Shown here: positions 1 to 9,439 of the stretch, piece by piece
Layout of the letters: the number at the start of each line of letters is the position of its first letter
Numbering within the stretch: position 1 is the first letter of the stretch
Assembly (NCBI GenBank): GCA_963696385.1
Contig: CAVOKF010000005.1
Coordinates: 96,001 to 160,000 of the forward strand
Source: an uncultured delta proteobacterium
GTDB taxonomy: Bacteria > Myxococcota_A > Polyangia > Polyangiales > Polyangiaceae
Direction of reading: 5' to 3'
DNA: 64,000 bases
Made by a program: the position numbers and the translations under genes
Notes under the pieces: model-generated
Seen by the model: the letters and a program-made list of their open reading frames with translations, nothing else
Told to the model about the DNA's origin: nothing
The model's database searches: none

Positions 1-535
1 CCTCTCGAAACGCATCCTCGTCTTCGTCATCCATGATGGCATCTCCGAAGCCTGCGGCGATTTCCATAGCCGTTGACAAAATCCGCAAAAACTGGGCGAA
101 GCTCGATGCGGCCAACGTCGGCGCCCACCGATCCTGGCCGCTCATGGCCGTATAGACGGGACAGTCGCCCTCCGGATCCGGCTTGCTCACGTCGAGAAAG
201 TACGGGTCTCCAAGCAGCGAACTCTCGCCGATGACGACCCAGGCGGGCTTCCAGTCCGCTGGAGGCGCACCATTTTCGCCCGGTGTCTGTACGAGCCCCT
301 GAGCCTTGACGAGCTCGGCGGCCGGAATCAGCCGGATTCTCTCGACCGGCGTAACAGTTTCGACTTTCTCTGGATTTGCCTCTAGCAGAAAATTCCTATA
401 TCGAGGGGGGATCCGGAGGTGCTTGCGAAGGTCATCGACGAGAGCCGGCGATGCCTTGCCAAGTGTGCAAGGCAACCTGCGCTTCACCAGAACCGCCCTT
501 AGGGCCTCCACCGCCTCCGCGAGATCACTGTCCAA
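1..535 (-). CDS. SMI1/KNR4 (SUKH)-like protein, 3' end runs off the window
   Basis: Not in the ORF track. Manual translation from TTG at 535 gives LDSDLAEAVEAL..IPPRYRNFLLEANP..WVVIGESSLLGDPYFLDVSKPDPEGDCPVYTAMSG..LAASSFAQFL, the SUKH pattern (P..Y..FL, G..Y.LD, PVY, SF..FL). GAGG lies upstream. Confidence 0.7.
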   Translation of the reverse strand, partial: MDSDLAEAVEALRAVLVKRRLPCTLGKASPALVDDLRKHLRIPPRYRNFLLEANPEKVETVTPVERIRLIPAAELVKAQGLVQTPGENGAPPADWKPAWVVIGESSLLGDPYFLDVSKPDPEGDCPVYTAMSGQDRWAPTLAASSFAQFLRILSTAMEIAAGFGDAIMDDEDEDAFRE

Positions 536-590
536 CGTAGTAGCCTCGCTCAAAAGGTCGGCGCGCCCGGCGCCCGGCACGCAAAAGCGT

Positions 591-663
591 CAAAAACTTC
601 AGGCGAGGTTGCCCGCGCCTTTGGGGTGGGTCCTGCAACGGAACAGCAGGACGCACGATAGCA
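591..663 (-). promoter_or_regulatory. Extended -10 element, palindrome and hairpin with U-tract upstream of the SUKH gene
   Basis: Minus strand TGC-TATCGT (663-655); palindrome GTCCTGC-N9-GCAGGAC (630-652); stem AGGCGCGG-GCAA-CCTCGCCT (601-620) followed by GAAGTTTTTG. Confidence 0.35.
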
Positions 664-724
664 CCCTTGTTCTCGAATTCGAACGTGTTTCGCGCGTGCC
701 AGCGTTCCGCTCGGCTCAGCGCAT

Positions 725-1726
725 CTATTGGCCGGTCGTCTGCCGCTTCTTCAAGGACGTCTGCGCGGGAGCGTCCGGCCCCGAGCTCGGGTCGACGGTT
801 CCAGTAGCGTCGCCCGCCACGATGAGACAACGCACGCGAATGTCGGCCGAGGCCGCGTTGGTCTCACCGCCAAGACCGCGCAAAAGCTCGATGAGCGTGT
901 CCACGGCCGCGCGGACCAAATGCTCGGCAGCGGGCGCGAGTGGCTCGTGGCCGCCTCGGGCGCGGACGTCTGCACGCACACGAGTCACGTCTTGGTTGGG
1001 TACGGAGAGGGCGATCGCAATCTCGAGTGGAACGGGTGTGCCTGGGCGCGCACCGAAGATGCGGGGGTCTTGCTCGAGCGGCCGGCAAAGCTCGGGGGAG
1101 CCGAACCCACCGTCGATGCCGAGGGCGAGCGAAACCCAAGCCCCGACGTCGAGAGTCCGCCGAGCCAGGACTGGCCGGCACGCGCTTTCCTCGGGGAGCG
1201 TCCCGGGCGGACATCGCGGTCCGCGGACGCAGGAGTCAGCGACTCGATTCGTACCACGGGGGCACGTAGCTCGGCGCAGCACGCAAGACTCTTGTCCTCC
1301 CGCCAGCACCGGAATCGCGTCTATGCCGCAAGCGAGCGGGCCCCCAATAATGCGCCGGTGGACCGCCAGGCATGATCCCGTCGTCAGATCGAGCGCTTCG
1401 CTATTCGAGCACACTCGGAACTCACACCCCGCCCCCCCGATTCGCCCCGCCGGGCCGCAGAACGAGTCCCCGACGGCTGGGTCGACGCAAGCGCCTAGGA
1501 CGGCGACCGTGCCTTCCCTGCATGCGCAGCGGCCTGAGTGTTCCCGCGCAGCGTCGCGCGGGCATGTGGCAAATTCTGGGCGGTCGACATCGAAGGTCGG
1601 TGCTGCGGGTTGCCGCCGCGACGAATCACTTGACTGAAGGCAGCCTACCACCACGGCGGCGACCGTCCCAAAACCGATCGCAACGGCGCGGCCGTCGCGC
1701 CGAGCGGCAATCGAGCGGCGGCGCAT
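725..1726 (-). CDS. Cysteine-rich putative lipoprotein
   Basis: Start trimmed to ATG 1726 to avoid overlap with hisD. Basic N-terminus, hydrophobic stretch ending VVVGC, then many Cys in CPxG..C-type units. Confidence 0.6.
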   Translation of the reverse strand: MRRRSIAARRDGRAVAIGFGTVAAVVVGCLQSSDSSRRQPAAPTFDVDRPEFATCPRDAAREHSGRCACREGTVAVLGACVDPAVGDSFCGPAGRIGGAGCEFRVCSNSEALDLTTGSCLAVHRRIIGGPLACGIDAIPVLAGGQESCVLRRATCPRGTNRVADSCVRGPRCPPGTLPEESACRPVLARRTLDVGAWVSLALGIDGGFGSPELCRPLEQDPRIFGARPGTPVPLEIAIALSVPNQDVTRVRADVRARGGHEPLAPAAEHLVRAAVDTLIELLRGLGGETNAASADIRVRCLIVAGDATGTVDPSSGPDAPAQTSLKKRQTTGQ

Positions 1727-1754
1727 TTGGCGTGATGCTACAGAACCCCTCGGG

Positions 1755-3029
1755 ATGCTCGCGACGTTCATCGACGGCACACGCGAATTCGATGCGGCGC
1801 TCGTCCGGCTCGAGTCACGCGGCGAGGCCGATTTTGCGCGGGTCGAACCAGTTGTCCGCGAAATTCTCCAAGCGGTCCGAAACGAAGGCGACGCGGCGGT
1901 GCAAAGGTACAATGAGCGATTTGGCCGGCATGCTGCGCGACTGGTCATGCGTGACTTTCCCGGCGCGGCATCGCTCGCTCGTTTGCCGATGGAAGCCCGC
2001 GAAGCACTCGAGCTTGCCGCGGCGCGTATACGCTCGTTCCACGAGCACGGGCGGGACACGGGGTTTCGTTATGAGCATGACGGGATCACGCTGGGCCTGC
2101 GGGTGTTGCCCCTCACTCGGGTCGGGGTCTACGCTCCGGGGGGCAAGGCGCGCTATCCATCGAGTGTCCTCATGGCGGCGATCCCGGCGCACGTGGCGGG
2201 CGTCGCAGAGATCATGGTGGCTACGCCCCTTGCGGGTGACCCGACCGACGACGCAATTTTTGCTGCGGCCCACCTTTCGGGCGCGTCCGCCATCGTTGAC
2301 GCAGGGGGCGCTCAGGCTATCGGTGCGCTCGCATACGGCACCGAGAGCATTCCGCGAGTCGACAAGATCGTCGGCCCCGGCAATTTGTATGTAGCTTGCG
2401 CCAAGCGTCTCGTTTTTGGAGCGGTCGACATCGATGGAGTCGCGGGCCCTAGTGAGATTCTGGTCATCGCCGACGACGAGGCGGACCCGCGCATTGTCGC
2501 TGCCGACTTGCTGTCCCAGGCCGAGCACGACGAAGCCGCATATCCGCTGCTGCTCTGCGGGTCGGATCTCATGGCGGAGGCGGTCTGTCGCGAGCTCGAG
2601 GAACAGCTCGAGGCGTTGCCGCGAGCTGCAATCGCGCGAGCGGCGGTGGCAAACGGCGCGGCGTTCGTAGTTCGATCGAGAGATCGAATGGCTGCCGTGG
2701 CAGACCGATTGGCTGTCGAGCACCTGGCACTTCACCTAGCGGCTCCGGACGCTATTCTCGCGCGGGTCCGGCACGCGGGCGCGGCATTTCTTGGTCCGTC
2801 CACACCCGAGGCGGTTGGCGACTATCTGGCCGGCCCCTCTCATGTATTGCCGACGGGTGGCGCGGTCCGATTCGGTTCGCCGCTGGGCGTCTACGACTTT
2901 GTCATGCGTACGTCGATCATCCGTTACACGCCGGAGGCGCTCGAACGGCACGCAGGCGCCGTTTGTGCCCTGGCTCGGCTCGAGGGGCTAGAAGCACATG
3001 CGCGGGCCGTAGAGGCGAGACGGCGATGA
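1755..3029 (+). CDS. hisD: Histidinol dehydrogenase
   Basis: GVYAPGG, YPSSVLM, GGAQAIGALAYGT, KIVGPGN, GPSE, DLLSQAEH, GDYLAGPSHVLPT, EGLEAHA. Confidence 0.97.
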   Translation: MLATFIDGTREFDAALVRLESRGEADFARVEPVVREILQAVRNEGDAAVQRYNERFGRHAARLVMRDFPGAASLARLPMEAREALELAAARIRSFHEHGRDTGFRYEHDGITLGLRVLPLTRVGVYAPGGKARYPSSVLMAAIPAHVAGVAEIMVATPLAGDPTDDAIFAAAHLSGASAIVDAGGAQAIGALAYGTESIPRVDKIVGPGNLYVACAKRLVFGAVDIDGVAGPSEILVIADDEADPRIVAADLLSQAEHDEAAYPLLLCGSDLMAEAVCRELEEQLEALPRAAIARAAVANGAAFVVRSRDRMAAVADRLAVEHLALHLAAPDAILARVRHAGAAFLGPSTPEAVGDYLAGPSHVLPTGGAVRFGSPLGVYDFVMRTSIIRYTPEALERHAGAVCALARLEGLEAHARAVEARRR

Positions 3030-3927
3030 CGGGCCGAAGCGCTGTCTCCTTGAGCTTGAGCTGACCCGATTGGGTCGAGACGAAGCCACCGGGCGTGGAC
3101 GCGCAGCAGGTGGGGCAAAGGTCCCCGAGGGACTCGAGCTCTAACTCGATTCGACCCGCGACGGCGACTGTGAGCCACCGCATGAGGTTCGGAGTGATGC
3201 GTGCCGTTGCGGAGGCGATTCGCACGAACGGGGTCGTCTCGACGACGGCGTCCCCACGAGAAGCGGCCCGAATCGTCTGTTCGGCAACCTGGTCGGGTGT
3301 CTGAGCGCGGCTACCGGGCGGTCGAACGCCGGATCGGCCATCCGTCGTAATGGCGTTGTCGCGGAACCGGGTGTCGACCGGTCCGGGGCGTATGACCACG
3401 ACGCGCACTCCGGTGCCGACGAGCTCTGCTCGGAGCGACATGGACAGGGCTTCGAGCGCGAACTTGCTCGAGGCGTACGCGCCCATGCGGGGCGCGGCGA
3501 CGACTCCCGCGAGCGAGGACAACATGACGATGCAACCACCCGTGCGGGTGAGTGGGTCGACCGCGAGCTGCGCGAGCCGTAAGGGAGCGATCACATTGAG
3601 TGCGAAGAGCGCCTCGAGCTCGCTGACGTTGATCTTCGCGACGCTGCCGTAATAGCCGCGCCCGGCGTTGTTCACGAGAACGTCCAGTCGGCCGGTCTTC
3701 GTCCGCGCGGCGGCCATAAGCGCAACGCGGTCCTCCTCGCGCGTGACGTCGCCGGGTTGCACGATCGCCTTGCCGGCGTGGTCTCGGTCGATTTCGTCGG
3801 CCACGCGTGTGAGGCGCGCCTGATGGCGAGCACTCAGGATGACGGTCGCGCCGCGCCGAGCCCAAGCGCGCGCCAGCGCCTCCCCGATTCCGCTGGACGC
3901 GCCCGTGATGACGACGGTTTGGGTCAT
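2917..3927 (-). CDS. Short-chain dehydrogenase/reductase (SDR)
   Basis: TGASSGIG, NNAG, YASSK (YxxxK), PGPVDT; AAGGA RBS. The C-terminal extension overlapping hisD is doubtful. Confidence 0.9.
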   Translation of the reverse strand: MTQTVVITGASSGIGEALARAWARRGATVILSARHQARLTRVADEIDRDHAGKAIVQPGDVTREEDRVALMAAARTKTGRLDVLVNNAGRGYYGSVAKINVSELEALFALNVIAPLRLAQLAVDPLTRTGGCIVMLSSLAGVVAAPRMGAYASSKFALEALSMSLRAELVGTGVRVVVIRPGPVDTRFRDNAITTDGRSGVRPPGSRAQTPDQVAEQTIRAASRGDAVVETTPFVRIASATARITPNLMRWLTVAVAGRIELELESLGDLCPTCCASTPGGFVSTQSGQLKLKETALRPVIAVSPLRPAHVLLAPRAEPGHKRRLRAVRAPPACNG

Positions 3928-3942
3928 GCGTCCTTTATTCGA

Positions 3943-4938
3943 TCAATCGGCGCGCAGGTACGACGCCTTGATGAGCTTCAAAACGATCTCAGCGGTCTCG
4001 AGGTCGGTCGCCAGACTCTTGTTGAGCACCGTCTCGAAGGCCCCGTAGTTGTGGGCGAGTTGGAGTACGTCGAGCTCTTGTGGCTTCAAATCGCGGAGCG
4101 GCGGGATCAGCGGGGCCGGCACCGAAATGCGCGCCGACAAGCCGGGAAGCTCGTCGCGAATCCGGTTGAACTCGTCGAGCTGGCGCATTCCCTCCATGAG
4201 GATTTGCTGGACGGAGGCGCTCATTTCGCTCGCAAACTCACGCTCTTCAGGAGGGTCGAGATCGAAGAGTCCCTTTTGCCACGTGAGCATTCGATACAGA
4301 CTTTTCATCGGCTGCACATCATCGAGATCGTTGATGATGGCGTACGCCACGACGCCCTTCTTCAAGTAGATGCGTCCGACGTCATCGTCGGTGCGAATCA
4401 CCAGGACCCCGCTTTTTTTCGATGTTCCGAAGAGCTGCAACAGGTCGGGTAGCGGTACTTCTTCGATGCTACCGCTCATCGTGCGCTGCTGTCCGGTGCG
4501 TCTCGCCTGGGCGACGTTCTCGAGTTCGCGCTTTGCGTCGATGCCCTCGCGAGAGGCGTCGCCCGAGATGACCTTAAGAATGCTCGTCCCAATGAGGACG
4601 CGGTCGCCTTCCTTCAAACGAGTTCGTTTGATCTTCTCACCGTTGACGAAGGTGCCGTTCGTGGAGCCCAGATCCTCGATCCATATCTGGTCCGCTGCGA
4701 CGGATACGCGCGCGTGCTTGCGCGAGACCATGTCCTCGACGAGCACCATCTCGAGGTCGCTGGAACGACCGACGAGGATCTGCTTGTCCGCGACGAGAGG
4801 GAACTCGCCCCCCTGGTATTTGCCGCTGATGAATCGCAACACGTACGAACGCGCACCCGGCCGCGGCGCGGGCGACGTAGCCGGTGCCTTGGGTGACGAG
4901 TCTTGCATCTCGGGTGCGGCGGGAACGTCTGGGGCCAT
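3943..4938 (-). CDS. FHA domain plus DUF4388 (PatA_N-like) protein
   Basis: FHA motifs VGRSS, VSRKHA, DLGSTNGTFVNG; DUF4388 pattern MSGSIEEVPLPDLLQL..KKSGVL..LTWQKGLF..ILMEGMRQLDE. Start uncertain (4938 or 4908). Confidence 0.85.
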   Translation of the reverse strand: MAPDVPAAPEMQDSSPKAPATSPAPRPGARSYVLRFISGKYQGGEFPLVADKQILVGRSSDLEMVLVEDMVSRKHARVSVAADQIWIEDLGSTNGTFVNGEKIKRTRLKEGDRVLIGTSILKVISGDASREGIDAKRELENVAQARRTGQQRTMSGSIEEVPLPDLLQLFGTSKKSGVLVIRTDDDVGRIYLKKGVVAYAIINDLDDVQPMKSLYRMLTWQKGLFDLDPPEEREFASEMSASVQQILMEGMRQLDEFNRIRDELPGLSARISVPAPLIPPLRDLKPQELDVLQLAHNYGAFETVLNKSLATDLETAEIVLKLIKASYLRAD

Positions 4939-5204
4939 ACCGTCGTACGTGACAGGCGTAAGAGTGTGGGAGCGGCCGTTGCCGGCGCCAAAACGCCAGC
5001 AAAAAAAGGGTAATGGGTGCGAAGCTACGCGGTCAAGTCTGCCGCCCCCGGAGCGCAAGCGTGCCGAGGTCGCTCGCTTGTCCGCAACCTGAAACCACCA
5101 TAACGGAATGCGCTGCGCCTTGGCCCTCCGACATCCAGCATAGTATTGCATATTGTTGCGCTGCAGCGGCAGCGGCGTAGACTGGGTGGCTCCGCCGCGA
5201 TGTC

Positions 5205-6299
5205 ATGAGCCTCAAAAAGTCGAGGCCGATTCTTGCCGCGGGCGACGCCTATGGCACACATAGGGTCCTCGCTCCGCCCGGGGCCCTGCCTCAGTCGGCG
5301 GAACGTCTCGACAATGACTTTTCTCGGCTCTTCTGGGGCGAAGCGCTCCTTGAGGTGGAAACCATCAATCTGGATGCGGCAAGTTTCTCGCAGATTGAGA
5401 AGGTGGCGTGCACCGAGGTCGGGCGCGCCGCCGGGCCCAATGAGGTCGAGCAGGCCATCGCCCGAATCGTCGCAGGGACCGTGGCGGAACGCGGGAAGCA
5501 GCACAACAGGGTCACGGGGTCGGGGGGTATGCTGGTGGGGCGAGTCCTTCAGCTATCCCTCGGTCGAGCCGACGAGCTCTTGCTCGTGGGCGATCGAGTC
5601 GCGACGCTCGTCTCGCTTACATGCACTCCGCTCCGGATCGACCGGGTGTTGGCCGTCCGCCGTGGGAGCGCACAAATCGACGTTGAAGGCGAGGCGGTTC
5701 TCCTTGCCAGCGGCCCGTACGCGCGGCTACCGGACGACTTACCTCAGCGGCTCGTCCTGGCGGTGCTCGATGTGGCTGGCGCCGCCCCCCAGGTCGCGCG
5801 GCGCGTCCGGCCGGGCCACGTCGTCGTCATCTTGGGCGCCGCCGGAAAAAGCGGGGTTTTATGTGCCGCCGAGGCGCGGCGCACGGGGGGTGCCTCGGCA
5901 TTCGTCGTGGGCTTGGAATCACGGCCGGCGGCCGCTGCCGAGCTCGGGTCTCTTGGCATTTGTGACAGGGTGTTGGTCGTTGACGCTCGCGATTGCGTGG
6001 CCGTCCGGCGCGCCGTCCTCGAGGCGACCGGAGGGCGAGAGGCGGACCTCGCGTTTTCGTGCGTCAACGTTACCGACGCGGAAATGACCGCCATTGCAGT
6101 TACGCGCGATCGGGGAGCAGTGTACTTCTTCGCAATGTCGACGAGCTTTACCCAGGCGGCGCTTGGAGCCGAAGGAGTTGGTAAAGACATCGATCTTTTC
6201 ATCGGTAACGGTTACGCACACGGGCACGCGGAACACACCCTGGCGCTCGTTCGCGATACGCCGCTCGTGCGAGCGCTCTTCGAGCGCCGGTACGCCTAA
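5205..6299 (+). CDS. kdd: L-erythro-3,5-diaminohexanoate dehydrogenase
   Basis: YGTHRV..P.GALPQ.A.RLDN, NLDAASF, GKQHNRVTGSGGML, ATLVSL, LDVAGA, GKSGVL, YFFAMSTSF..AALGAEGVG, IGNGY. Confidence 0.88.
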   Translation: MSLKKSRPILAAGDAYGTHRVLAPPGALPQSAERLDNDFSRLFWGEALLEVETINLDAASFSQIEKVACTEVGRAAGPNEVEQAIARIVAGTVAERGKQHNRVTGSGGMLVGRVLQLSLGRADELLLVGDRVATLVSLTCTPLRIDRVLAVRRGSAQIDVEGEAVLLASGPYARLPDDLPQRLVLAVLDVAGAAPQVARRVRPGHVVVILGAAGKSGVLCAAEARRTGGASAFVVGLESRPAAAAELGSLGICDRVLVVDARDCVAVRRAVLEATGGREADLAFSCVNVTDAEMTAIAVTRDRGAVYFFAMSTSFTQAALGAEGVGKDIDLFIGNGYAHGHAEHTLALVRDTPLVRALFERRYA

Positions 6300-6315
6300 G
6301 GGGAACGCGTGTTGG

Positions 6316-6362
6316 CGCCGTCATCGGCGACGCTTCGATGAAGCTGACGCAATCGTCGAAGC
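6316..6362. terminator. Two hairpins between convergent kdd and histidine kinase
   Basis: CGCCG-TCAT-CGGCG (6316-6329) and GCTTCGATGA..TCGTCGAAGC (6332-6362); no clear U-tract. Confidence 0.35.
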
Positions 6363-6403
6363 CTGCCGCGGAGGTCACTGCACGCCGCGACCCTGCCTCG
6401 CGC

Positions 6404-8539
6404 CTAATCCGTAATGCCCACCACCGGGAGTCGGTCGGAGGCGCTGCGAGCGGGCTCCGGGACCGGCGTTGCAATCGAGGCCCCCGCCGACGGCAGCAGG
6501 ATCGTAAAGGTCGTTCCTTCGCCTGGTTGAGAGTACACTTCGATACTGCCGCCCGCATTCTGAACGATGCTCTGGCTGATCGCGAGGCCCAGTCCCGTGC
6601 CCCGCGACTTCGTTGTGAAGAAAGGGATGAAAAGGTTGCGGAGGACTTTCGGCGAGATGCCCGGGCCGGTATCGCGCACGCTTGCTTCGACGAACTCGGT
6701 GTCGTCGACCAGCGATCGACGTGACGGCGAATCGGAGTTGACGCGCGCTCTTGCCGAACGGCGAACGGCCGTGGAAACCGTGATTTTTCCTCGTCCGTCC
6801 ATCGCTTGAATGGCGTTCTGCATCAGGTTCATCAAGACCTGTCGAAACTTTTCCGGATCCATACTGGTGCGGGGCAGGGGCTCGGCCAAATCCAAATGCA
6901 CGTCGATCGCGCCGTCCACAATCTGGCTCGAAACGATCTGAACCGTTCGGCGCACTGCGGCGTTGAGGTCCAACGGGATTGGATTGCCGGCGTGCGGTCG
7001 CGCGTAGTCGAGGAAGCTGCCAACGACGCGGTCGAGTCGGTTGACCTCCTCGAGGATGATCCCGACGAACTCGCGCGCCGCGGGATCGTCCTGCGAGCAG
7101 CCGCCCTCTTCGAGCAGCTGTGCCGCTCCTTTGATTGCGCCGAGAGGGTTCTTCACTTCGTGCGCGAGACCCGCAGCCATCGACCCGAGTGCCGCGAGGC
7201 GGTCTCGCTCCTTCATGCGGGAGTACAGCCGCGTGTTCACGATGACGACGCCGATTTGAGCAGCCACCGTCTCGAGAAGCGAGATCTCTTCGGGCGTGAA
7301 GGCGTCCCGTACTCGATCGTCGACTACGAATAGGAGCGCTACGATGCCCTCTGCCTCCCCGCGAACGACGAGCGCGACGGCACTTTGGAGCGCGCCGAGC
7401 GCGGACGCGGCCGTCTTGACCGCTGTGTCCGCGCTGCCCGCTTCGCGTGCGCTGTCTTCGAGCGCCAACGACGGGTGTCGCTCGAGCCGATCGAGCAGCG
7501 GTCGGGCACCCAGAGCTTCGATTCGCTTGGGTACTGCGGCACCAAACGACCCGGCCAGATCGAACCCGTCGCCGTCTTGATCGCGAAGGTAAAGCGCTGC
7601 GGTCGTCACCCGGTGCGACCGGTCTAAGCCCTGCATCAGCGTAGCAACCATCTCGTCAATTTCGAGCACGTGCGCCAGGCGTTTGCGGAGCTCGTCCACG
7701 CTCGTCTCTAGTGTGTAGCGCTCGCGAAAAAGAAACTGATGAATGCGCGTCTCGACTTCGGTTTGCAGGGGCTCGAATAAGACGAGGAATACGATGGCCG
7801 CGAGCACCGCGTTTAGGTACATGGTGTCGAATCCGCCGATAACCATCACGAAGAGGTAGAAGATCGCGGCGAGACAGAAGGCGAGCGCCGTCGATACGAG
7901 CAGTCGCCCGGCGAGCTCGTAGATGTCGGCGAGGCGAGCCCGAGTGACCGATTCGGCGAGGACGAAGACGAAGACGATCGCCAGGACTGCGCCGATCGGC
8001 GGCAGATGTACGCCCAGATAGGATAGAAAGTCTGCGAGCGAAAAGGTCGTCGCCGCGGCGCCCACGACGACCAAGAAACGGACCCGGTCTCGAACGGCGC
8101 GTGACGGGCTTCGCTGGCCGCGCCGAGCTAGCGCGATGAGCGCCGCGGCGAGGAGCCCGAAGACGTAGGTGTAGACGGCGCCGAGCGACAGTGGCCGGTC
8201 GTGATACGGGGAGACGGACAGCGCGAGCACCGGAACGGCGACGATCGTGGCAAAGCGCGCGAGTCGCGGCCTCCGGCCCGCTTCGAGCGGAACGACGTTT
8301 TGAAACAAATGAATCGCGAACTGGGGCAACAGCACGGTCAGCACGCCGGTGACGCGCTCCCACAGATCGGCTCGAAAGAACCCGGCTAGCGATTGGCTGC
8401 CGTACCAGAGGGCAATGTCGGTCGCAAAGGCCGCGAACAGCCAATGGACGGCCCGACGCCCGCGCAAAAGCACGCTCAGGGCGATGGCGAGAGCCAGCAC
8501 TGCACAAAAGAGAATTGTTTTCGGGCGCAGGTCTTCCAC
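6404..8539 (-). CDS. Integral-membrane sensor histidine kinase with GAF domain
   Basis: Multiple N-terminal TM segments, GAF (DAFTPEEISLLETVAAQIG), H-box LAHEVKNPL, NLMQNAIQA, DTGPGI, FIPFFTTK, GTGLGL. Likely GTG start 8539. Confidence 0.92.
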   Translation of the reverse strand: MEDLRPKTILFCAVLALAIALSVLLRGRRAVHWLFAAFATDIALWYGSQSLAGFFRADLWERVTGVLTVLLPQFAIHLFQNVVPLEAGRRPRLARFATIVAVPVLALSVSPYHDRPLSLGAVYTYVFGLLAAALIALARRGQRSPSRAVRDRVRFLVVVGAAATTFSLADFLSYLGVHLPPIGAVLAIVFVFVLAESVTRARLADIYELAGRLLVSTALAFCLAAIFYLFVMVIGGFDTMYLNAVLAAIVFLVLFEPLQTEVETRIHQFLFRERYTLETSVDELRKRLAHVLEIDEMVATLMQGLDRSHRVTTAALYLRDQDGDGFDLAGSFGAAVPKRIEALGARPLLDRLERHPSLALEDSAREAGSADTAVKTAASALGALQSAVALVVRGEAEGIVALLFVVDDRVRDAFTPEEISLLETVAAQIGVVIVNTRLYSRMKERDRLAALGSMAAGLAHEVKNPLGAIKGAAQLLEEGGCSQDDPAAREFVGIILEEVNRLDRVVGSFLDYARPHAGNPIPLDLNAAVRRTVQIVSSQIVDGAIDVHLDLAEPLPRTSMDPEKFRQVLMNLMQNAIQAMDGRGKITVSTAVRRSARARVNSDSPSRRSLVDDTEFVEASVRDTGPGISPKVLRNLFIPFFTTKSRGTGLGLAISQSIVQNAGGSIEVYSQPGEGTTFTILLPSAGASIATPVPEPARSASDRLPVVGITD

Positions 8540-8680
8540 CCGCGCAGTGTCGCGCCACGTCGCCGTCGGCGCAAAGCGTGTGGCTTGTCGTAATCCGCTC
8601 AAGGAAATCCGCATCCTGGCAGGGCGGACCAGCGAGCTTCGTGCAATTCGCTTGGGAGGCCATGCGCTGTCTCCTTCGCC

Positions 8681-9238
8681 TCAGGTAGGCGCGCCGTACA
8701 ACCTTCGCGCGCGAATGTGTGCAACGACCGACCGCGGAACGATTCGCTCGAGTTCGTGCCAGGCGCCGCGAGCGACAGCCGTGCGAACGTGAGTGCTCGA
8801 CACGTCCGGGAGGATGACGAGGGGTGCCCTCGGCGTATCGAATCCGACGCGTCCCAGCACGATCAGCGGAGCGAGCTTCTCAATGGCATCGAACCGATAC
8901 CAACGTTGCGCTTCCGCTAGGATATCCGCGCCGACGACGAGCCGCAGTCGCCAATCGGGCCGCGTCTCCGCCAAGTGCTCGAGGGTGCGGAGCGTCAGGC
9001 TCTCTCCGTCGATGCTCTGCTCGACGCGAGAGACTTCGACGCGCGGCAAATCGATCATGGCGAGCTCGCACATGAACACTCGGTCCTCGAAGGGCGCGAG
9101 CGACTTCGCGAGCGGATGCCGATACGTCGGGACAAGGAGGATGCGCTCGACGTCTTCAACGCTTAGAAGCAGGGCACACGCAAGCACATGCGCAACGTGC
9201 GGCGGGTTGAAGCTACCTCCGAAGACGGCCACGTTCAC
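8681..9238 (-). CDS. nadD: Nicotinate-nucleotide adenylyltransferase
   Basis: FGGSFNPPHVAH, VGAD, VSSTHVR. Confidence 0.93.
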   Translation of the reverse strand: MNVAVFGGSFNPPHVAHVLACALLLSVEDVERILLVPTYRHPLAKSLAPFEDRVFMCELAMIDLPRVEVSRVEQSIDGESLTLRTLEHLAETRPDWRLRLVVGADILAEAQRWYRFDAIEKLAPLIVLGRVGFDTPRAPLVILPDVSSTHVRTAVARGAWHELERIVPRSVVAHIRARRLYGAPT

Positions 9239-9439
9239 GAGCGGTCGAGGGCAGCATAGAGCACGGACTGCCCTGCCGTTGACTATGATTTCCGCGAGTC
9301 TTGCGCGTGGGTCGCCCGCCTTGGGCTACGCGGTCGGGTAAACGGGCCACTCTTGCCACCGCCCAGCCTGCTCGACTCGACCGCCGGCACGGAGGTGCTT
9401 AGCTTGGACGCTGTGGAACGATCTTCCCAGCCGACCTTC

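Noticed and set aside
306..1637. 443-aa plus-strand ORF and the many similar Arg/Ser/Ala-rich overlapping ORFs across the window
   Set aside because: Alternative-frame shadows of better-supported genes in high-GC DNA.
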